A stretch of DNA of 64,000 nucleotides from Candidatus Latescibacterota bacterium (lineage in GTDB: Bacteria > Latescibacterota > UBA2968 > GCA-2709665): contig OZ250150.1 of NCBI GenBank assembly GCA_965237675.1, forward strand, positions 4,928,001 to 4,992,000, given 5' to 3'. Both the position numbers and the translations under genes were made by a program. Positions 58,146-64,000 of the stretch are shown in pieces (the first letter of the stretch is position 1; each line of letters starts with the position of its first letter). Under the pieces are notes generated by a model. The model saw only the letters and a list, made by a program, of their open reading frames with translations, searched no databases and was not told where the DNA came from.

Positions 58146-59566
58146 GAGATTGACTCCACACCGTCCTCCACCGCCCGGCGCAACGCCGCCTCGACGTGGC
58201 GCAACTCACGCGCAGCCACCGTCCGCAAATCCAGAAACAGTCGACCATCCCGCACATATCCGAGTACCGGGGGGGCGTCTGCACGGAGTCGGGCCGCCAG
58301 AGCGGCCACGGATCCGCCCTTTAAGGACACACGTAGCGCCACGCTTGAGATCTCCTCCAGCGGCATGGCGCCGCTTCCCGCCTGAGCGACTGAATCCACC
58401 AGTTCAACCCGCAGCCCTCGATCCGCCAGGTGACTCAGCCGCGACACGCTCCGCCTGCCCCGTCGCTTCAGTCTTGCGACAGGCTCAGTCAACATTCGGA
58501 GCGCGGGATGCGCCGGCAACAATTCTTTCGGATTCAAGAAAAGCCTCAACGTGGCCGCCAGCGCGGCGTAGGTCAGTTTACCGCACCGCAACGCCCGCAT
58601 AAGCGGATTCCGGTGGATCCTCTCGATGGCGTCTTTACGCCCCACCAGAATGCCCGCCTGCGGGCCGCCCAACACCTTGTCGGCGCTGAAGGTCACCACG
58701 TCGGCCCCAGCCGTCACGCTGTCCGACACCAGGGGCTCGTGCGGCAGACCGAACTCGCGCATGTCCACCAGAACTCCGCCTCCCAGATCGTGGGCTACGG
58801 CCACGCCGTGCCGCTTACCCAGCGCAACCAGATCCGCCAGTGATACCGCCGCCGTATACCCCATCACCTTGTAATTGCTCGGATGCACCGCCAGCATCAG
58901 TCCCGAGCGCCCGGTCAGGGCCGCCTCATAATCCTGCAGGTGTGTCCGGTTGGTCGTGCCTACCTCAACCAACGCCGCGCCGCTTCGCTCCATGAGTTCC
59001 GGAATGCGAAAGGATCCCCCGATTTCGATCAATTCGCCTCGTGAGACCAACGCCTCTCTACCCAGACAGAGCGAATTCAGCGTCAACAATACCGCGGCCG
59101 CGTTATTATTTACCACGGCCGCCGCTTCGGCGCCCGTTAACGCGCACAACAACTCCTCAACCAGCGCCGTTCGGGACCCGCGACGGCCGGAGTCCAGATC
59201 CACCTCCAGATTGCTATACCCCTCGGCAACCCGTGCAACCGCCCGGGCGGCCGCATCAGCCAATGGCGCGCGTCCCAGGTTCGTGTGCAACACGATTCCC
59301 GTGGCGTTCACAACCCGCTTCAGAACGGGCTCTGCAATGCGCGCCACGCGCAGGCAAGCCTCGCGCACCACCCCCGCCACGAGCGCATCCCGGGATTCAC
59401 CGATGGGGTCACCACGGCGCATGGCCTCGCGGACGGCGTCGATGCCCTCGCGCACGTAACGCGTGACCACAGGCTGATTGCACCGTTCGCACAACGCCCG
59501 CACCTCAGGCTCGGCCAGTACCGCATCGACCGAAGGAATCAGAGATAAGTTGGCCTGTTCCCCCAT
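58133..59566 (-). CDS. selA: L-seryl-tRNA(Sec) selenium transferase
   Basis: VVNATGIVLHTNLGRAPL, VNNNAAA, SRGELIEIGGSFRIP, EVGTTNRT, FSADKVLGGPQAG; start at ATG 59566 after GGGAG. Confidence 0.97.
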   Translation of the reverse strand: MGEQANLSLIPSVDAVLAEPEVRALCERCNQPVVTRYVREGIDAVREAMRRGDPIGESRDALVAGVVREACLRVARIAEPVLKRVVNATGIVLHTNLGRAPLADAAARAVARVAEGYSNLEVDLDSGRRGSRTALVEELLCALTGAEAAAVVNNNAAAVLLTLNSLCLGREALVSRGELIEIGGSFRIPELMERSGAALVEVGTTNRTHLQDYEAALTGRSGLMLAVHPSNYKVMGYTAAVSLADLVALGKRHGVAVAHDLGGGVLVDMREFGLPHEPLVSDSVTAGADVVTFSADKVLGGPQAGILVGRKDAIERIHRNPLMRALRCGKLTYAALAATLRLFLNPKELLPAHPALRMLTEPVARLKRRGRRSVSRLSHLADRGLRVELVDSVAQAGSGAMPLEEISSVALRVSLKGGSVAALAARLRADAPPVLGYVRDGRLFLDLRTVAARELRHVEAALRRAVEDGVESISCHT

Positions 59567-59658
59567 GGTTCTCCCGAAAACGGGCGCCATTCACACGATA
59601 CAGGGCGCAACAACGAACGTGGACGGGGAGGCGTTCAGCGCCTCCGGACGGTCGGCTT

Positions 59659-61890
59659 TCAGGGCACAATCCTGAACGTAATCTCCTTTGACGCCCGATC
59701 ATCCGCCAACAGATCCGTGACCGCCACCCTGACCATTTGCCCGCCCTCCTGCGTCTCGGTCAGGTCCAGTTCGACATAGGCCACTTCATCCGCCCGGTTG
59801 CCGACCTGGTCGTAAGCAATAACGATTTCCTGATCCTTTTCGGACAGCCGGAACACCCGACCCAGTCCGTGCAGGATCTTTGCGGGAAACGCCCTTTCTC
59901 TCTGCGACCGCAGCGTATATTCCACACGATAACTGGTTCGACCGAATGCATCCTGTCTCAAATTATAAATCTCGAAATAAACGAATGCGTTCTGATGGCT
60001 GCGGAAGACCAGAGAAGACATCGGAATCACCTTCAAGCCGTTTTTCACGTAATCTCCGGATATCTCGCCGGTCGGTTCTGTCGCGAAGGCCAGTTCGATA
60101 TCGCTGACCAGCAGCCCTGACGGTTGGTGATAGTCCTCCAGCACGACCGCCTGCTGGTAGACCTGAGATTTCCCGGAGACCACATCCCGCACCTGCAATG
60201 CCATATGGTATGTCCCCGGCGGCAAATCCAGGCGCATGACACCTGGAATGAACGCGCCTTCCGCAACCTGCCGGTCCGTGGGCGCCCGGAATGCCATCTG
60301 GTCCACTTCTCGATGGACTTCATTCCACATCCGGTCGAACAACGCCACCCCCCGGTCCAGCAATATAAGATCGGTATTCTCGTCCACATTCAGCCGAACC
60401 ACCTCGGACGCGGGTAACCCGTAATAGACCTCCAGGCGGGTCGCGGGCTCCGAACCCTTGAAATCCGCCGGATAATAATAGAAATCGATTGGCAGATCGG
60501 CAAAATCGGGCGTGTAGCGTGAGGGACGCCTGGCAACCACGTTCTGCATCACCACCCCACCCTGATAGTCGGCCAGGCGGACACCGAGATTGGGCGCAAT
60601 CCCCAGAGGGAATGGCGCGTAATCGTATCGCCTGCCCTTGAATACCTCTGCAAAAGTGATTTCGATCCCGCCGTCCACCTGTGTATAGAGCCAATACTCC
60701 CACCGGGCATTCGCCGAGACGGGGAAGATAGGCAGCCCCGGTGATATGGCCAGCGCGATGCGAGACCGGTTCACAATATTCACGCGCGCTTCCTGTAACT
60801 CCCGATTCCGTTCGGCCTGAACGTCGTCCCATTTGCTGATATGGTCCGGATTTCCCAGTCGTATGAAAACATCGCCCCGTTTGTCCCAGCCTCCACCGGG
60901 CCTGGCATAGTGTTCCAGCGCGTAGGCCACGCGGCGATAGTGCTCCAGCAGCCGCTCGTTTTCAGGGGTGAGCGGCGTCGGATCGCGCCGATTCCAGAAC
61001 CGCATGGCGAGCGCATCCTTTTCCTCGGGCGACGCCGTTTCGTAACGCGCCAGATTCGTGCCGGCCGCCACCAGAGAAATGTCTCTATACCTGCGCTGTT
61101 CGGTATCCGGTAAATTCGAGAGAAATTTCTCAAACAACTCGGTCGCCCGCTCGAAGTCCTTTTCCATCAGGCCGATGATCGCAAGGTCCCGATTGGCCAG
61201 AATTCGGGCTTCGCCCCCGGTTTCCAGCAGACGCGAGAGGGTTCCGACCGCCTCCGCGCGTTCGCCAAGCACAAGCCACAGTTTGGCCAGCCTGATCCCC
61301 GCCCGTCCGTGGGACGGATTGACCGCCATTTCACGCTGATAGGCGGCCGTCGCTTCGTGAATCCGCCCTTCGTTTTCCAACAGCAACCCCACCTGGTAAT
61401 GGGCATCCGGGTAAACGGCATCGATTTCGCTCACTTTCTCAAACGCGTCCCGTGCCCTGCCCCGACGTGTTTCCAGGTAAACCCTCGCCAGGTGGTACTG
61501 CGCCTCGGCCATATCCGGATCGGCCTTGAGGGCTCGCCTGAAATTCGTCTCCGCCCGCCTGTATCCCTGCTCAGTCGCCATATAAGCCAATCCCATCCCG
61601 TTGTACCCGTCCGCCTTCGCACCTCTTTTGACCGCCTTTCTGAACGCCTTCTTGGCCGCTTTCCGGTTACCGGCATCCAGATACGCATGCCCAAGAAGGA
61701 CATAGTCCTGCGCCGTTTCCTTTCCCGTCTTGATCACGTGCTTCAGCGCGGCAATGCCCCGCTCGGGTCGGCCCCGTTTCACGGCCGCTTCAGCCGCGAC
61801 CCGAAGCGAATCCACCGGCGCTTTTGCCAATAGCTCTCCCGCGGATGCAAACGCAACAATCGAGACAGACAGGGCAATGATCCACGTCAT
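59659..61890 (-). CDS. Secreted TPR + GWxTD-domain protein
   Basis: Signal peptide, multiple TPRs, FW..RDPTPLTPENERLLEHYRRVAYA...GWDKRGDVFIRLGNPD. Confidence 0.8.
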   Translation of the reverse strand: MTWIIALSVSIVAFASAGELLAKAPVDSLRVAAEAAVKRGRPERGIAALKHVIKTGKETAQDYVLLGHAYLDAGNRKAAKKAFRKAVKRGAKADGYNGMGLAYMATEQGYRRAETNFRRALKADPDMAEAQYHLARVYLETRRGRARDAFEKVSEIDAVYPDAHYQVGLLLENEGRIHEATAAYQREMAVNPSHGRAGIRLAKLWLVLGERAEAVGTLSRLLETGGEARILANRDLAIIGLMEKDFERATELFEKFLSNLPDTEQRRYRDISLVAAGTNLARYETASPEEKDALAMRFWNRRDPTPLTPENERLLEHYRRVAYALEHYARPGGGWDKRGDVFIRLGNPDHISKWDDVQAERNRELQEARVNIVNRSRIALAISPGLPIFPVSANARWEYWLYTQVDGGIEITFAEVFKGRRYDYAPFPLGIAPNLGVRLADYQGGVVMQNVVARRPSRYTPDFADLPIDFYYYPADFKGSEPATRLEVYYGLPASEVVRLNVDENTDLILLDRGVALFDRMWNEVHREVDQMAFRAPTDRQVAEGAFIPGVMRLDLPPGTYHMALQVRDVVSGKSQVYQQAVVLEDYHQPSGLLVSDIELAFATEPTGEISGDYVKNGLKVIPMSSLVFRSHQNAFVYFEIYNLRQDAFGRTSYRVEYTLRSQRERAFPAKILHGLGRVFRLSEKDQEIVIAYDQVGNRADEVAYVELDLTETQEGGQMVRVAVTDLLADDRASKEITFRIVP

Positions 61891-62033
61891 GGTCGAACCT
61901 TCCGCGAAAGATCACTTATCCGGGTCACTGTGAAAATCTATCGAATCTGTTCCTCGCGCGCAAAGGAATTCGTATGTATGGCGCACCGGCGACGGGGTTG
62001 TTTGAAGTCCCGGGAATTCAAGACGCTTCGGCA

Positions 62034-62062
62034 TTGACAATGCACGAAGCCAGGTTTATCTT
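62034..62062 (+). promoter_or_regulatory. Sigma70-type promoter of galU
   Basis: TTGACA-N17-TATCTT, ~30 nt before the ATG. Confidence 0.65.
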
Positions 62063-62094
62063 TCTGGCCGAGAAAACCCTCGGAAGGAGCCTTT

Positions 62095-63021
62095 ATGTGC
62101 GTCCGAAAAGTCGTCATCCCGGTTGCCGGGCTCGGTACCCGATTGTTGCCCACGACAAAAGCCCTGCCGAAAGAGATGCTGCCCCTAGGCAAGTATCCCG
62201 CCATACAGCACGTTGTCGAGGAGATGGCTGCAGCCAATCTGAAGAAATTTCTCTTCATTACCTCACATAGCAAGACCATTATTGAAAACCAGTTCGACAA
62301 CAACGTTGACCTCGCGGCCCAGTTGGAACAGAACCACGGCTGGAATGATCCGAGCAACTTCGACTACAGCCGGCGCGGTATCGAGTTTTTTTATACCCGG
62401 CAGCAGGCGCTGTCCCCTACGATCAAACTTCGGGGCACCGGCGCCGCGATACTCGCGGCCGAGAGCTTCGTAGACAAAGAGCATTTTGCGGTCGCCTATG
62501 GCGATACCATCATCAACACCAGACATACACCTAACTTTCTGGCACGGATGATCGAGTCGCATCTCAAAACCAATTCCGCATGTACCGTGGGCGTTCGCCC
62601 CGTCACGCGCGATATGGTCGGGCGCTACGGTATAGTCAAGCCAAACGCAGAAGACGATCCGACCGCCGACAGCTTCTCCATTGACGACCTTGTGGAAAAA
62701 CCAGCCGCAGACGAAGCGCCGAGCCTTATGGCCGTGAGCGCCCGCTATGTCTTCAGCCCCGAAATCTTCGACGCAATTCGGAGGTTAACGCAGGCCACCG
62801 GCGGCGAACTCGGCGTTACGGACGCCATACGGAGCCTCATAAGGGGGGGCAAGTCGGTCCGTTGCGTGCGTTTGCTGCCGGAGGAAACGAGGTACGATAT
62901 CGGAAGCCACGCAAGTTATTACAGGGCGTTTATCGACTTTGCCCTTCAGGATCCCGAATGTGGAGACAAAATTCGGGAATACCTCGAATTCTGCGTAAGG
63001 AAGTTGGAAAAGAGGCCCTGA
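62095..63021 (+). CDS. galU: UTP--glucose-1-phosphate uridylyltransferase
   Basis: VRKVVIPVAGLGTRLLPTTKALPKEMLP, RYGIV, LVEKP, GGELGVTDAI, RYDIG. Confidence 0.88.
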   Translation: MCVRKVVIPVAGLGTRLLPTTKALPKEMLPLGKYPAIQHVVEEMAAANLKKFLFITSHSKTIIENQFDNNVDLAAQLEQNHGWNDPSNFDYSRRGIEFFYTRQQALSPTIKLRGTGAAILAAESFVDKEHFAVAYGDTIINTRHTPNFLARMIESHLKTNSACTVGVRPVTRDMVGRYGIVKPNAEDDPTADSFSIDDLVEKPAADEAPSLMAVSARYVFSPEIFDAIRRLTQATGGELGVTDAIRSLIRGGKSVRCVRLLPEETRYDIGSHASYYRAFIDFALQDPECGDKIREYLEFCVRKLEKRP

Positions 63022-63060
63022 TCCGGCGGCCTGCGGGCGAAGCGCCAACGACGAATCCGG

Positions 63061-63099
63061 AAAAAGAAGCCCTTCGGAGCACAGAGATCCGAAGGGCTT
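63061..63099 (-). terminator. Intrinsic terminator between convergent galU and a hypothetical gene
   Basis: AAGCCCTTCGGA-N9-TCCGAAGGGCTT with an A-run on its left. Confidence 0.75.
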
Positions 63100-63256
63100 G
63101 ACCATAGGAAACAATGGGCAGGACTTTTGTCCGAAAGGGAGTTATTCGACCGCCGGGTTGCGGGACCTGCAGATCGTGTCGGTGCTAAACCCCGCATCGG
63201 CGACTATCGTGATTTCGGCTTATTTCGACTGGTGATCCCGGTATTCGATCTCCCGT

Positions 63257-63712
63257 TCAACGCTCTTCACTACCGTCGTTCACCAGTTTCTCGCCGTCGA
63301 ATATCAACTTACCCTTTTCGTAAATGCAACCGGTTTCCTCTACCAGTTCATATTTCATCAACTGCCCGAGCGACATGTGGTTAAACACCTCTTTCGGGTC
63401 GATGTATTTTTCAATGAGTTTTTCGATTGGACCCTCGAACTGGATCGCCCTGCGAACGGGTCGTTCTCTGTCGCGTCGTTCCTGTTCCTCCCTGGTCAGG
63501 ATGGGCAGGCGCTCGGCTGCGGGGCCGAGCCGGCTGGCATACTCCTGCCTCTGGCGAAACCGGTCGTGCCGCTTCTCGAGCTCCGACTTATCCCCCACGT
63601 TGTCGTAATATGCCGAAACCTCGTCCGCCTTCTTCCTGAATCGCGCCTGCTCCTGATCTTTGAGTTCGTCGTTTCCAATTTGCCGCATAATATCCTTAAC
63701 GGATTTGCTCAT
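63257..63712 (-). CDS. Hypothetical charged protein
   Basis: GGAGGGG RBS, 151-aa ORF with protein-like composition; no family recognised. Confidence 0.7.
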   Translation of the reverse strand: MSKSVKDIMRQIGNDELKDQEQARFRKKADEVSAYYDNVGDKSELEKRHDRFRQRQEYASRLGPAAERLPILTREEQERRDRERPVRRAIQFEGPIEKLIEKYIDPKEVFNHMSLGQLMKYELVEETGCIYEKGKLIFDGEKLVNDGSEER

Positions 63713-63874
63713 TCATACCCCTCCAGATCGTTGGGACATCCAGTCACTTAAATGCACTAAATCCGTGGTGGAAGTACTCTCGTATGCGGATACACGACAA
63801 AAAACATACATCGCGCCCCGGCTTTTGTCAACGGCTAATTTCCCGTCCGTATCCGGCCGCATTTCCAAAAACCA

Positions 63875-63903
63875 TTGACTCCCGCCGCCCACCGGCGTAG
63901 TTT
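63875..63903 (+). promoter_or_regulatory. Putative sigma70 promoter for a gene beyond the window
   Basis: TTGACT-N17-TAGTTT. Confidence 0.5.
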
Positions 63904-64000
63904 GTTGTCAGGCGAAATTCCGGTCCTGAGAATCGCTGCCGATGGCCGGGTTTCGTGAGCCCGATTTTCCATGCGCGGTCTTACCCAGATTTATTCGAGG

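Overview
The window has two parts. Positions ~1.6-45.1 kb form an accessory island whose large genes are all on the + strand; many encode secreted eukaryotic-like repeat proteins (WD40 propellers, plant-type and internalin-type LRRs, CARDB, Ig-like and FN3 domains), often fused to zinc metalloproteases (M66-like, leishmanolysin-like, HExxHxxGxxH metzincins). Nine genes carry a near-identical duplicated EF-hand, dockerin-like tag (DFDGDGxVGFxDF twice), and one small non-catalytic gene encodes signal peptide + cohesin-like domain + FlgD/T9SS-like C-terminal domain. My main hypothesis (inference) is a cellulosome-like dockerin-cohesin surface display system for repeat proteins and proteases, diversified by repeat shuffling and cassette exchange. 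The island also holds an IS630, a ~610-bp duplicated spacer, a conserved 5' leader, a PhoD-like enzyme, a coupled EEP/pseudo-protease pair, a TPR-fused alpha-dioxygenase-like heme enzyme, a poly-C-frameshifted outer membrane protein and many pseudogenes. Positions ~45.2-64 kb look like intact core genome: creatininase-like, mlrC, CBS-korA-korB(CBS), DUF309, M14 peptidase, sulfatase-like, S1/P1 nuclease-like, selC-selB-selA, a GWxTD/TPR protein and galU. The protein families resemble those of sponge-associated Latescibacterota/Poribacteria-like symbionts (inference only). All domain calls come from motif recognition by eye; no database was searched.
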